Under the pieces are notes generated by a model, which did no database searches, was not told the origin of the DNA, and saw only the letters and a list, made by a program, of their open reading frames with translations. Shown piece after piece: positions 8,787-18,794 of a DNA stretch of 64,000 nt. The number at the start of each line of letters is the position of its first letter. The first letter of the stretch is position 1. The position numbers and the translations under genes are program-made. Source of the stretch: a virus (taxonomy: Duplodnaviria > Caudoviricetes); the IMG/VR virus record IMGVR_UViG_2675903060_000001, positions 32,001 to 96,000 of that record. One strand, given 5' to 3'.

Positions 8787-8804
8787 GTTGGCGGAACCGG
8801 CAAC
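8787..8804. promoter_or_regulatory. 18-bp palindromic site, copy 1 (GTTGGCGGAACCGGCAAC)
   Basis: Matches family consensus GTTGGCGGWWCCGCCAAC; upstream of terS. Confidence 0.7.
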
Positions 8805-8824
8805 GGATGAGGTGAGTTCTGGCG

Positions 8825-9331
8825 ATGGCTGACGAGCGGCGGAAACTGGAGCTCGCCCAGCGGCGTAACCAGGCGCTCCAGATGCGGATCGCCGGCGTCT
8901 CGCCCACGCTGATCGCTGAGCGGCTGGGCTACAACAGCCCGCAGGCGGCTGCCGGCGACATCACCGCCGCGTTGAAGCGGGCCGCGAAGGCGGAAGGGCT
9001 CGCGGCGGAGCATCTGCTGCACCTGGAGATCGACCGGCTGGACCGGATGATGGCCGCCCTCTGGCCGAAGGTCTTGAAGGGCGAGGTGAACGCTGCCGAC
9101 ACCTGCCTGAAGATCATCCATAAGCGGGCGTCGCTGCTCGGGCTCGACCAGATCAACCGCAACGGCGCCCCGGACAACGACATGGCGTCGCTGCTCGGCG
9201 CGATGCTGGCGCAGCTTCAGCAGCGCTACCAGGTGGCCGACCCGGACCTTGACGCCATCGCGGCGGCCGACGTGCACGCCGAGGTCGTCACGGGCGAAGT
9301 GCTGTGGGACGACGCCGGCGGCGAGGCATGA
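8825..9331 (+). CDS. Terminase small subunit (HTH)
   Basis: RRNQALQMRIAG..IAERLGY; RLDRM...LWPK...RASLLGLD; directly upstream of TerL. Confidence 0.75.
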   Translation: MADERRKLELAQRRNQALQMRIAGVSPTLIAERLGYNSPQAAAGDITAALKRAAKAEGLAAEHLLHLEIDRLDRMMAALWPKVLKGEVNAADTCLKIIHKRASLLGLDQINRNGAPDNDMASLLGAMLAQLQQRYQVADPDLDAIAAADVHAEVVTGEVLWDDAGGEA

Positions 9332-10623
9332 CCGGCGGCGCGCTGGGGCTCGCGGTGCGGCTGTCGCCCAAGCAGGAACGCAGCATCGCCGAATCGACGG
9401 CACGCCTGAACATCTGGCAGGGGGCCATCAGAAGCGGGAAGACGATCGCTTCGTTGCTGCGCTGGCTGGCGTTCGTCGCGAATGCGCCTCGCGGCGGGTC
9501 GCTCATCGTCGTCGGCAAGACCGCCGACACCATCTCGCGGAACATCTTCGACCCGCTCATGGACCCGGCGATCACGGGGCCGCTCGCCGCGCGGATCTCC
9601 TACACGCGCGGCGCCCCGACCGCGACCATGCTGGGCCGCAAGGTGGAGATCATCTCCTGTGCGGACGCCCGCGCTGAGACGCGGCTGCGCGGCATGACCG
9701 GTGTCGGCGCGTACGTGGACGAGATCACGCTGATCGAGCGGCCGTTCTGGGACATGCTCCTGTCCAGGTTGAGCGTGCCAGGGGCGAAGCTGTTCGGCTC
9801 CACCAACCCCGACAGCCCGTCGCACTGGCTGAAGCGGGACTTCCTCGACCGGGCTCACGAGCTCGACCTCAAGAGCTGGCATTTCCGGCTGGACGACAAC
9901 CACGCCCTGGACCGCGCGTACGTGGCCGCGCTGAAGAAGGAGTACACCGGCCTCTGGTACAAGCGGTTCGTGCTCGGCCAGTGGGTGATGGCCGAGGGCG
10001 CCATCTTCGACATGTGGGACGACGACCGCATGATGGTCGCCGATCTGCCGCTGATGGAGAAGTGGCTGGCCTTGGGCATCGACTACGGCACCGCGAATCC
10101 GTTCCACGCCGTCCTCGTCGGTGTCAGCGTCCCCGACGCCCAGGGCCAGCGCCGCATCTACGTCACCAGCGAATGGCGGTGGGACTCCCGCGCCACCCGC
10201 CGCCAGCTCACCGACGCCGAGTACAGCATGCGGCTCGCCGACTGGCTCGACGGCATCCCCGACAGCTACGGCCCCGGCACGCACGGGGTGCGGCCCGCCT
10301 GGCTGATCGTGGACCCCTCGGCGGCGTCGTTCATCACCCAGCTCTACCGCGACGGCTTCCGCCCCCAGCAGGGCGACAACACCGTCCTCGACGGCATCCG
10401 CACCGTGTCCAACCTGATGGCCGCCGACCACCTGCGCGTCCACGCCTCCTGCCGCCACCTCCTGGACGAGATCGTGGGCTACGCCTGGGACGAGAAGAAA
10501 GCCGAGAAGGGCGAGGACGCCCCGATCAAAGAGCATGACCACGGCGTGGACGCCCTCCGCTACGCCATCCACACCACGCAGGCCGCGTGGATGCGGCTCC
10601 TCGAACCCGTCCCCCAGCTTTAA
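9328..10623 (+). CDS. terL: Terminase large subunit (PBSX family)
   Basis: GAIRSGKT Walker A, YVDE Walker B, STNPDSPSHWLK, GIDYGTANP, DHGVDALRY. Confidence 0.95.
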   Translation: MTGGALGLAVRLSPKQERSIAESTARLNIWQGAIRSGKTIASLLRWLAFVANAPRGGSLIVVGKTADTISRNIFDPLMDPAITGPLAARISYTRGAPTATMLGRKVEIISCADARAETRLRGMTGVGAYVDEITLIERPFWDMLLSRLSVPGAKLFGSTNPDSPSHWLKRDFLDRAHELDLKSWHFRLDDNHALDRAYVAALKKEYTGLWYKRFVLGQWVMAEGAIFDMWDDDRMMVADLPLMEKWLALGIDYGTANPFHAVLVGVSVPDAQGQRRIYVTSEWRWDSRATRRQLTDAEYSMRLADWLDGIPDSYGPGTHGVRPAWLIVDPSAASFITQLYRDGFRPQQGDNTVLDGIRTVSNLMAADHLRVHASCRHLLDEIVGYAWDEKKAEKGEDAPIKEHDHGVDALRYAIHTTQAAWMRLLEPVPQL

Positions 10624-10828
10624 GACGCGTGCGCGCCCGGCCCTGTGTTGTGGCGGCCCAGGCCAGGCGCGCACGCCCGCTCCGCACGCGGCATCCCCGT
10701 ACGCGTGCGTCGAGCCCCGGTGCCCCCGCAGGTCGTGCCCGCCGTTGAGGGGCGGCGGCCGGCCACGCGGGGGCACCGCAGGCCCCCCGCCGGTTCACCA
10801 TCCGCTGTAGGCAGGAGATCAGCTCACC

Positions 10829-11380
10829 ATGACCGCTGACGTGACCGCAGACGACATGCTTTCCCGCCGGGACGCCCTGGTCTGGCGCTGCGCCTGGAAG
10901 GTCGCCAAGTTCTGGGGCGACCCCACGCCCGGCGCCGTCCCGTACGACGTGATCGAGGGCGACGGCAATCTGCTCATGCACGGCGGCGCGTCCGCGATCT
11001 GGCAGGCGCTCCTCGGCAACGGCACCGCCACCGCGGGCCAGGGCCTCACCTTCTTCAACGCGGCGAACGCCCACGTGGGCGTCGGCGACTCCACCACGGC
11101 GGCAGCCGCGACCCAGACCGACCTCCAGGCCGCCACCAACAAGGTGCGCAAGGCGATGGACGCCGGCTACCCGCAGCACACGGACGGCACGGGCAGCGGC
11201 AACGCCACCGTGACCTTCCGCGCCACCTTCGGCACCGGCGACGCGAACTTCGCCTGGAACGAGTGGGGGATCTTCAACGGGGCGGCGGGCGGCCGGATGC
11301 TGAACCGCAAGGTGGAGAACCTGGGGTCCAAGAGCGCTGCCGCGTCGTGGCAGCTCACCGTCACCCTCACCCTGGCGTAG
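10829..11380 (+). CDS. Putative virion structural protein
   Basis: AGGAG RBS; ANFAWNEWGIFN...MLNRKV motif seen in tail/virion proteins. Confidence 0.65.
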   Translation: MTADVTADDMLSRRDALVWRCAWKVAKFWGDPTPGAVPYDVIEGDGNLLMHGGASAIWQALLGNGTATAGQGLTFFNAANAHVGVGDSTTAAAATQTDLQAATNKVRKAMDAGYPQHTDGTGSGNATVTFRATFGTGDANFAWNEWGIFNGAAGGRMLNRKVENLGSKSAAASWQLTVTLTLA

Positions 11381-11384
11381 TCCC

Positions 11385-12848
11385 ATGCCTGCGGCGGTCC
11401 GCCAAGTCACGTCGGCCCCGTCCGGCACGGCAGCCGCGTTCACCTGCGCCCGCCCGCCCACCGCCGTCGCCGGGGACCTGCTCGTCGCCTACCAGGCCGC
11501 CGACATCGGCGACCTGACCGTCATGGGCGCCCCGTCCGGCGGCGGGACGTGGAACCTGCTCGTCGCCCGCCAGTGGGGGTCAGGCTCCGGCGCGGGCGTG
11601 AAGCTCTGGTACAAGACGCACGGCGCGTCCGAACCGACGAACTACAGCTTCTCCCAGAACGGCCAGGCGGACGGCCTCGCCATCGTCGTCGCCCTGTCCG
11701 GCGCGGCCACCCCGATCCTGTACCAGCCGCTCGACACCTACACCCCGAACGTCTTCCCAACCAGCCACAACACGCCCGGCATCACGCCAGGTGGGCCGGA
11801 TGACGTCGAGCTGCGGTTCATCGGATCGCCGTCCGGGTCGGCCACCACGTGGGGAGCACCCGCCGGCTTCACCCCCGGCACGAGCGTGCAGTCGCAGATC
11901 TACACCACGGCCTCGCTCGCTCACCGCGTCCTGAGCTCGTCAGCCCCGACCGGCACCGCGGCATTCACGTCCTCGCCCGGCCTGTCGCTGACGATGGGGT
12001 TCACGCTCGCGATCCCCTCGGCCGGTCCGGCGCTGGTGACCAAGAGCGGCAGCGACACCGCCGTGGCGGCCGACCTCGCGACGCCATCGGTGACGCTGAT
12101 CCGCCCGGACTCGGCCACGCTCACCGAGGAGGCGGCGGCGGGCCCGGCCGCCGCCGACGCCGCCACCGCAGCCGAGGACGCGGCGGTGGCCGCCGGGCCC
12201 GGCACCGGCGACGCCGCGGCCCTGGCCGAGCAGGCATCCACGGTCTCGAGTCCTGCCCGCGTCGAGACGGGCGCGCTGGCGGACGTGTCCGCGCTGGTCG
12301 TCTCCCTGTTCCGGGACGACTCCGCCTTCCTGGTCGAGCAGGCCAACGTCGGGCTCGCCGCCCTGGACGCCGCCACGCTCGCCGAGACGGCGGCGCGGGA
12401 GGAGACGATCGGCCCGTCCACCGGGGACGCGGCGGGCACCGCCGAGACGGCAGCCGTCGCCGGCGCGGCGGGCGCGGCCGACGAGGCGGCCCTGACCGAG
12501 TCGGCGCGGGTGGACGTGCTCAAGCAGTCCAGCGACTCGGCGGCACTCGCCGAGCACGCCGACGCCGGCCCCGTCGCCGCCGACGCGGTGGCCCTGACCG
12601 AGTCGGCGTCGGTGCTCGTCGTCATCGACGCCTCCGACAGCGTGACCGCCGCCGACGCGGGCGCCGCGCTCCGGCCGGTCGCCGCCATGGACTCGGCGAC
12701 CGCCACGGACTCCGCCGCGGTGGCCGAGGTCGGGCGGGCGCTCGACAGCGCGGACGGGCCGCGCCGCCTGTGGCACGCCAGCCTCGCGCCGCGCCCGTGG
12801 CGCGCTGAGCCGCCCCGCCGGTCCTGGTCCGCGACGCACCTGACGTAA
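11385..12848 (+). CDS. Putative virion surface/fibre protein with Ala/Asp-rich repeats
   Basis: N-terminal beta-rich domain (GDLLVA), C-terminal D-x-A-x-L-x-E repeats. Confidence 0.6.
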   Translation: MPAAVRQVTSAPSGTAAAFTCARPPTAVAGDLLVAYQAADIGDLTVMGAPSGGGTWNLLVARQWGSGSGAGVKLWYKTHGASEPTNYSFSQNGQADGLAIVVALSGAATPILYQPLDTYTPNVFPTSHNTPGITPGGPDDVELRFIGSPSGSATTWGAPAGFTPGTSVQSQIYTTASLAHRVLSSSAPTGTAAFTSSPGLSLTMGFTLAIPSAGPALVTKSGSDTAVAADLATPSVTLIRPDSATLTEEAAAGPAAADAATAAEDAAVAAGPGTGDAAALAEQASTVSSPARVETGALADVSALVVSLFRDDSAFLVEQANVGLAALDAATLAETAAREETIGPSTGDAAGTAETAAVAGAAGAADEAALTESARVDVLKQSSDSAALAEHADAGPVAADAVALTESASVLVVIDASDSVTAADAGAALRPVAAMDSATATDSAAVAEVGRALDSADGPRRLWHASLAPRPWRAEPPRRSWSATHLT

Positions 12849-12858
12849 GGAGCCCACG

Positions 12859-13158
12859 ATGGCGGAAACGATCTCCAGCCTGTCGCGTGAACTGCTCCCC
12901 ATCTGGGTGCGAGGAGCGAACGGCACCGAGGACGTCGAGATCGCGTTCACGAAACCCGGCGTGAGACCCGTCGAGGACGACTGGGCCGAAGCCGAATGGG
13001 ACACCGCGTCGGTCACCGGGAAAGGCGCGACCGCGCGCATCCTGTTCGGCCCCGGCGGCACCATCTCCCGGCCGGAAGGCACCTGGCAGGCGTGGGTGCG
13101 GGTGACCGCGCCGCCGCAGCTTCCGGTGCTGCCTGCCGGACTGATCGACGTCATCTGA
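12859..13158 (+). CDS. Small Ig/BppU-like virion protein
   Basis: AAGGAG RBS; GTWQAWVRVT..PQLPV. Confidence 0.55.
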   Translation: MAETISSLSRELLPIWVRGANGTEDVEIAFTKPGVRPVEDDWAEAEWDTASVTGKGATARILFGPGGTISRPEGTWQAWVRVTAPPQLPVLPAGLIDVI

Positions 13159-13185
13159 CTCTGCGAACAGTGAGGGCGAAAGATC

Positions 13186-14760
13186 ATGCCGCTTCCGGAC
13201 CATGACCAGGAGTGGCCGCCGCCGCACATCCGGCGCGAGATGCGGCTGTATGAGGAGTGGGGAGCCTGGTACGCGGGCGACCCGGACCGGCTGGCCGACG
13301 TGTACGGCGCGTCCGGGGCGGTGCACGGCATCGGCCTGGACCCGAAGGGCTGGGACCGGCCGAACAAGAGCTTCGGCGGCTGGCTCCAGCGCGCGGCACG
13401 CTACTTCTGGGGGACGCCGGTCCCGGCCGGGCAGGTCCGCTCCACGAAGCTGCACGTGCCGATCGCCGGAGACATCTCCGCGACCAGCGCGGATCTTCTG
13501 TTCAGCGAGCCGCCGACGTTGAGGATCGCCGGGAAGAAGTCGCAGGCCCGCCTCGACAAGATCCTGCGGGACGCCGGGGTCTACGGGGCGCTCCTGGAGG
13601 CAGCCGAGACCAGCAGCGCGTACGGAGGCGTCTACCTGCGGGCCGGCTGGGACACGGAGATGTACGACCACCCCGTCCTCAGCGTGCTCCCGCCGGACGC
13701 CGCCGTGCCCGAATTCCGGTACGGCAAGCTCGCCGCCGTCACGTTCTGGCGGGTGCTGGCCGAGGACGACGACCGGCAGGTGTGGCGGCACCTGGAACGG
13801 CACGAGAAAGGCCGCGTCTACCACGGCCTGTACCTGGGCACGCCCGACCGGCTCGGCATGCAGGTGCCGTTGGAGGACCACCCGGAGACGGCGATCTACG
13901 CCGACCAGGTGGACGAGAGCGGCGGGTTCGACTCCTACTACCCGCGCGGCCTGCTCGTCTCCTACGTGCCGAACATGCGCCCCCACCGGCTGATCCGAGG
14001 CACCAGCCTGGGCCGCTCCGACTACCAGGGCGTCGAACACCTCATGGACGCCCTGGACGAGGTGTGGACGAGCTTCATGCGCGACTTCCGCATCGGCAAG
14101 GGCCGCGTGATCGTGCCGGACATCTTCCTCGACAGCCTCGGCCGCGGCCAGGGCGCGTCGTGGGACCCGGACCGGGAGATCTACGCGGGGCTCGGCATGC
14201 TGCCGCCGCCGGGGTCGGCCGCCAACAGCATGTTGACGCTGACGCAGTTCGCGATCCGGGTCAAGGAGCACGTGGACGGCGGGAAGGCGCTCGCCGCCCA
14301 GATCCTGCGCGGCGCCGGATACTCGGCCCAGTCCTTCGGGGAGGCGGACGGGTCCGGGCAGGCCGTCACCGCGACCGAGGTCCACTCCCGCGAGCGTAAG
14401 TCCTTCAGCACGCGGGGCCGGAAGACGGGCTACTGGAACCCCACGCTCCAGTGGGCGCCGGACGTGCTGCTGTCGATCGACCGGGCCGTGTTCGGGCAGA
14501 AGGTGGCCGCCGACAAGATCGAAGTGCATTGGCCGGACGGCATCCAACCGGACCCGGAGTCGCTGGGCCGTACCGTCGAGCTGTTCAACCGGGCCCAGGC
14601 CATGTCGCTGGAGACGAAGATTCGCACCCTGCACCCGGAGTGGGACGACCACCAGGTCATCGAGGAACGCAACCGTCTGCGCGACGAGCTCGGCCTGAAC
14701 GTGCCCGACCCCGACACGCTCGGCGACGTGCTCGTGCCCGACGCCGCCGGCGACGACTGA
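13186..14760 (+). CDS. Portal protein (SPP1/A118-like)
   Basis: KLHVPIAGDI..SADLLFSEPP, YVPNMRP, LGRSDY, GYSAQSFG, TATEV, MSLETKI. Confidence 0.9.
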   Translation: MPLPDHDQEWPPPHIRREMRLYEEWGAWYAGDPDRLADVYGASGAVHGIGLDPKGWDRPNKSFGGWLQRAARYFWGTPVPAGQVRSTKLHVPIAGDISATSADLLFSEPPTLRIAGKKSQARLDKILRDAGVYGALLEAAETSSAYGGVYLRAGWDTEMYDHPVLSVLPPDAAVPEFRYGKLAAVTFWRVLAEDDDRQVWRHLERHEKGRVYHGLYLGTPDRLGMQVPLEDHPETAIYADQVDESGGFDSYYPRGLLVSYVPNMRPHRLIRGTSLGRSDYQGVEHLMDALDEVWTSFMRDFRIGKGRVIVPDIFLDSLGRGQGASWDPDREIYAGLGMLPPPGSAANSMLTLTQFAIRVKEHVDGGKALAAQILRGAGYSAQSFGEADGSGQAVTATEVHSRERKSFSTRGRKTGYWNPTLQWAPDVLLSIDRAVFGQKVAADKIEVHWPDGIQPDPESLGRTVELFNRAQAMSLETKIRTLHPEWDDHQVIEERNRLRDELGLNVPDPDTLGDVLVPDAAGDD

Positions 14761-16646
14761 TGAGTGCGCCGACGCTGGCGCTCCCGGCCGCGCAGCAGGA
14801 GGCCGCGCAGATCGAGGCCGCTCTCGACCACGCCCGCGCGGTGGCCGCGATCTACTGGCAGGCCGAGCGCGAGCTGCTGCGCGTCGTCTCGGAGGCCCTG
14901 GCCAAGCGCGAAGGCGAACCGGAGTACGCCGGGCCGCGCTTCGCCGAAGTGCGGGCGCTGCGGCGCGAAGCCGACCAGATCGTGCGGCGGCTGGAACGGC
15001 TGTCGGAGCGGCTGGTCACGGACGGCGTCAACGCCGCATGGCGGCGCGGCGCGCAGCGCGCCACCGGCGACCTGGAACGGCTCGGCTCCCGCAAGGGCAT
15101 CCCGCAGGGGCAGGGCGTCATCGAGATCGCCCGGCGCGCGACACGGCTGGTCGCCTCCACGCAGCCCGGAATGCGGTCGGCGCCGGAGTTCCTGTTCCAG
15201 CAGATCGTCAACCAGGTGGCCGCCCAGGCGCTCACCGGCGCGATCACCCGCCGCCAGGCCCAGGCCCGCCTCCTGGACCAGGTCGCCCGCCGAGGCATCA
15301 CCGGCTTCACCGACACCTCCGGCCGGGTCTGGTCCGCCAGCGCGTACGCCGAGATGGCCACGCGGACCGCGATGGCGCAGGCCGCGACGGACGGCCACCT
15401 CGCCACCCTCGCCGCCAACGGCATCGACCTCGTCATCGTCTCCCGGCTGCCGTTCACGTGCGCCCGGTGCGCCGTCTGGGAGGGCACGGTCCTGTCGCAG
15501 GAAGGGCCGATCGGGTGGCGGCGCGAGGAGTCCGCCGTCTCCGACGACCTGGTGGACGTGCTCGTGGAAGGCACCGTGACGCAGGCCCGCGCCGCCGGGC
15601 TGCTGCATCCCGGCTGCGGCCACACGCTCGGCGCCTACCTGCCAGGCGTGACCCGCCCGCCGCGGCCGGCCATGCATCCCGCCGGGCCGGACGGCTATCG
15701 GGCGTCGCAGAAGATGCGCCGCCTCGAATCCGAGCTGCGCGCCGCGAACCGGCAGGCGGCGGTCGCGCTCGACGCCGACCAGCGGCGCAAGGCGGCGGCC
15801 CGCGCCGACCGGCTCACCCACCAGATCCGGGACCACGCGAAGACGTCGGGCATCCCCGCCCGCGCCGACCGGGTCCGGCAGGAGACGATCCCGCGTGACC
15901 TCGACCAGCGCACGGACGAGGAACTAGCCGGACTGCTCGGCCGGTGGGCCGACGACGAGGCAGCGGTCGCCCGCATCACCGACGTGCTGGAGCAGCGCGA
16001 CCGCGACCGCGACCGGCAGCGGGACGAGCGGGTGCGCGAAGCGGTCGCCGACCTGCCGCCCGAGTTCGCCAACGCCGGCGACGACCAGGTGCTGGAACTG
16101 GTGCGGCGCTTCTCCGACGAGGGCGACCCCGTCGCGCTGGAGCGGCTGCTGGAGGCGCTCGACGCCCGCGAGCAGAACCCGACGTGGTCGTGGCGGTCCG
16201 ACGACACCGCCGAGGAACGCGCCGTCACCGACCTCATCGCGGACGGCATCGACCCGATGGACGCCTACGGGCAGGTGTACGGCGTGGACCCCGAGCAGAT
16301 GCGGCGGCAGGACTCCCGCGCGCACGCCGAAGCCCAGCGGCGGCCGGGCGAGACCCTGGACCAGGTCGTCCGCCGCCTGTACGACGAGTGGCTTGAGCTT
16401 CAGTTCATCGCCGCCGAACGCTACGCCCGCGGCGTCCTCACCAACGCGGCCGGGCGGGCGGCAGGGATCGACGGCCGGACGCTGCTGTCTGGGCCGCAGT
16501 CCCGCGCCGACAAGTACGCCTCGGAGGAGCTGCGCGCGTGGTGGGAGCAGCACCCGCGCATGACGCTGGTGGAGTTCCGGGCGCAGATGCTCGGCCGCGC
16601 CTCCGACCGCAAGGCCGCCCAGCGAGCGAAGGAGCAGCGGCGGTGA
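14760..16646 (+). CDS. Phage minor capsid (MuF/gp7-like) protein with C-terminal extension
   Basis: GITGFTDTSGRVW...YAEMATRT, CARC, GLLHPGCGH; follows portal with TGATG overlap. Confidence 0.85.
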   Translation: MSAPTLALPAAQQEAAQIEAALDHARAVAAIYWQAERELLRVVSEALAKREGEPEYAGPRFAEVRALRREADQIVRRLERLSERLVTDGVNAAWRRGAQRATGDLERLGSRKGIPQGQGVIEIARRATRLVASTQPGMRSAPEFLFQQIVNQVAAQALTGAITRRQAQARLLDQVARRGITGFTDTSGRVWSASAYAEMATRTAMAQAATDGHLATLAANGIDLVIVSRLPFTCARCAVWEGTVLSQEGPIGWRREESAVSDDLVDVLVEGTVTQARAAGLLHPGCGHTLGAYLPGVTRPPRPAMHPAGPDGYRASQKMRRLESELRAANRQAAVALDADQRRKAAARADRLTHQIRDHAKTSGIPARADRVRQETIPRDLDQRTDEELAGLLGRWADDEAAVARITDVLEQRDRDRDRQRDERVREAVADLPPEFANAGDDQVLELVRRFSDEGDPVALERLLEALDAREQNPTWSWRSDDTAEERAVTDLIADGIDPMDAYGQVYGVDPEQMRRQDSRAHAEAQRRPGETLDQVVRRLYDEWLELQFIAAERYARGVLTNAAGRAAGIDGRTLLSGPQSRADKYASEELRAWWEQHPRMTLVEFRAQMLGRASDRKAAQRAKEQRR

Positions 16647-16810
16647 GCCTCACCGACCTCGACCGGCGCGCGGCCATCACGACCGCGCGGTGGGCCGCGC
16701 TGCACGACCGGCCGGTCACCGAATGCCCGTACGACCCCGCCGGCGACGCGCGCTCTCAAGCGCTCGCGCTGCTGTGGGTGCGCATCTACCGCAGGTACCG
16801 GCCGGCCTGA
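16643..16810 (+). CDS. Small protein (CPY motif, Rmf/CrpP-like)
   Basis: GTGA overlap; TECPYD...LWVRIY. Confidence 0.55.
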   Translation: MSLTDLDRRAAITTARWAALHDRPVTECPYDPAGDARSQALALLWVRIYRRYRPA

Positions 16811-16889
16811 CGCCGGGCCGTACGCCTGTGTGATCCGTTGGGCCCGCCTGGCGCGGGCCTTCCTCTTGTCCGGCTCCGGGAGGGCCAAG

Positions 16890-17795
16890 ATGTTCGATCA
16901 CTCGTTGCTGACGACGCCTGGCGCGATCATCGGCTACCGCAAGTCCGGCGCCCCGATCCGGCTCATCGCCGGAGGCAGCGGCGAAGGCGACGGCTCCGGC
17001 GGCGACGGCGGCGGCGCTGCTGGCGGATCTCAGTTCGGCGGCGAAGGCCAGCCGCAGGACGGCGGCGCCCAGCAGGACGGCGGCACGTCAGCGGCCGGGG
17101 TCACGCACCCGGACCGGTCCTCGTGGATCAACCCGGACGAGCCGATCAACCCTGACGCGATCAAGGTGGATCAGCTTCCGGCGTGGGGTCAGAAGCTGTT
17201 CCGCGACCTGCGGAAGGAAGCGGCCGACTACCGGTCCAAGATGGCCGACGCGCAGAAGGCCGCCGACGAGGCCGCCAAGAAGGCAGGCCCGTCGCCGGAG
17301 GAGGTCACCGCGCAGGTGCGGGCCGACTTCGCGCAGCAGATCGGCCAGGCGCTCGGCCTGATCGGCGGCGAGCAGGAGAAGCAGCTCACGCCCGAGCAGG
17401 TGATCGACCAGCTCACCGCTGAGAAGGACACGACCGCGAAGGAACGCGATCAGGAGAAGGAGCGGCACCGCCGTGCCCTGATCGAGCTGGCGGTGCACCG
17501 CGCCGGCTCGCAGATGGGCGCCGACCCGGAAGCCCTCCTCGACTCCAGGTCCTTCGTGAAGAAGGTCCGCGACCTGGACCCGGACGGCGAGGACTTCGCG
17601 ACGAAGCTCGGCGAGGTCATCCAGCTCGCGATCGATGAACACCCGAAGTACAAGGCGGGCTCCCTGGCGGGGCCGCCTCCCCGGAGCGGAGGGGAGTTCG
17701 CCGGCGGGCCTGGCGCGCGTCCCAGCGGCTCCGAACCCACCATCGACGACTTCCGGAAGCGCCGCGCGGCGGCGGCCAAGGAGAAGTCGTCCTAA
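16890..17795 (+). CDS. Capsid scaffolding protein
   Basis: LRKEAADYR, ALLDSRSF, PPRSGGEF; directly upstream of MCP. Confidence 0.8.
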   Translation: MFDHSLLTTPGAIIGYRKSGAPIRLIAGGSGEGDGSGGDGGGAAGGSQFGGEGQPQDGGAQQDGGTSAAGVTHPDRSSWINPDEPINPDAIKVDQLPAWGQKLFRDLRKEAADYRSKMADAQKAADEAAKKAGPSPEEVTAQVRADFAQQIGQALGLIGGEQEKQLTPEQVIDQLTAEKDTTAKERDQEKERHRRALIELAVHRAGSQMGADPEALLDSRSFVKKVRDLDPDGEDFATKLGEVIQLAIDEHPKYKAGSLAGPPPRSGGEFAGGPGARPSGSEPTIDDFRKRRAAAAKEKSS

Positions 17796-17802
17796 CGCGC
17801 TC

Positions 17803-17820
17803 GTTGGCGGTAACGCCAAC
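17803..17820. promoter_or_regulatory. 18-bp palindromic site, copy 2 (GTTGGCGGTAACGCCAAC)
   Basis: Consensus match; upstream of MCP. Confidence 0.7.
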
Positions 17821-17843
17821 GGCATCCGTCAGGAGAAGGCCCG

Positions 17844-18794
17844 ATGCCGAACACGTTCCTCACCCCGTCGATCATCGCCCGGCAGGCGCTGGCGAACCTG
17901 TATGAAACCACGGTCATGGCCCAACTGGTCCACCGCGACTACGAGGCCGAGTTCGTGAACCGGATCGGCGACACGATCACGATCAGGAAGCCCGCGATCT
18001 TCGAGGCCAAGAGCTTCAACCGGACGACGGGCATCGAGATCCAGAACGCGACCGAGGGCAGCATTCCGATCACCCTCGACAAGTTCGTTGACGTCAGCTT
18101 CGCTGTTACGTCGGAAGAGTTGACGTTGGACATCATCGACTTCAACGCCCAGCTCCTTGCCCCGGCGGTCGAGGCCATCGCGCAGCGGATCGACCGCGAC
18201 ATTTTGTCGCTGCGCGCCGACGTCCTCCAGAGGGTCGGTACGGCCGGGACCACGGTGACCGGCGTCGGCGGCCCCGTCACCGGCACCAACGAGTGGGCGT
18301 GGGACAACCCGCGCGTGGTCATCGACGCGCGCCGCGTGCTGAACCAGCGGAACGTGCCGCCCACGGACAGGTTCGTCGTGGTCGGGCCGGAGATCGAGGC
18401 GCAGTGGCTCGGCGACCCGCTGTTCCACCAGGCCGACACCCGAGGTGACACCGAGGGTCTGCGTGAGGCCAACCTCGGTAGGCGCGTCTTCGGTCACGAC
18501 GGCTACCAGACGCAGAACATCAAGGGCCCGTCCGGCACGCCGACGACCGGCCAGCCGAACACGGAGATCGGCGTCGCATTTCATAAGACGGCGTTCGCGT
18601 TGGTGACGCGCCCGCTGGTGTTGCCGCAGGGCGCCGCGAACGCGCACGTCGAGTCCTACAAGGGATTCGCGTTGAGAGTGGTCATGGGCTACGACCAGGC
18701 CAAGAAGCAGGACATCGTCAGCATCGACACCCTGTACGGGGTCAAGACGCTCGACGCCGACCGCGCCGTGAAGATTCACGGGGTCGTCGCGTGA
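17844..18794 (+). CDS. Major capsid protein (P22 coat-like, HK97 fold)
   Basis: MPNTFLTP..IARQAL, RDYEAEF..IGDTITIRKP, AFHKTAFALVTRPL, DTLYGVKTLD; AGGAG RBS. Confidence 0.92.
   Translation: MPNTFLTPSIIARQALANLYETTVMAQLVHRDYEAEFVNRIGDTITIRKPAIFEAKSFNRTTGIEIQNATEGSIPITLDKFVDVSFAVTSEELTLDIIDFNAQLLAPAVEAIAQRIDRDILSLRADVLQRVGTAGTTVTGVGGPVTGTNEWAWDNPRVVIDARRVLNQRNVPPTDRFVVVGPEIEAQWLGDPLFHQADTRGDTEGLREANLGRRVFGHDGYQTQNIKGPSGTPTTGQPNTEIGVAFHKTAFALVTRPLVLPQGAANAHVESYKGFALRVVMGYDQAKKQDIVSIDTLYGVKTLDADRAVKIHGVVA

Noticed and set aside
12622-14652. Long antisense or alternate-frame ORFs (also 9226..10776, 27207..28745, 28968..30866, 44831..46417, 59030..61036)
   Set aside because: High-GC shadow ORFs overlapping well-supported genes; Arg/Pro/Gly-rich with no motifs
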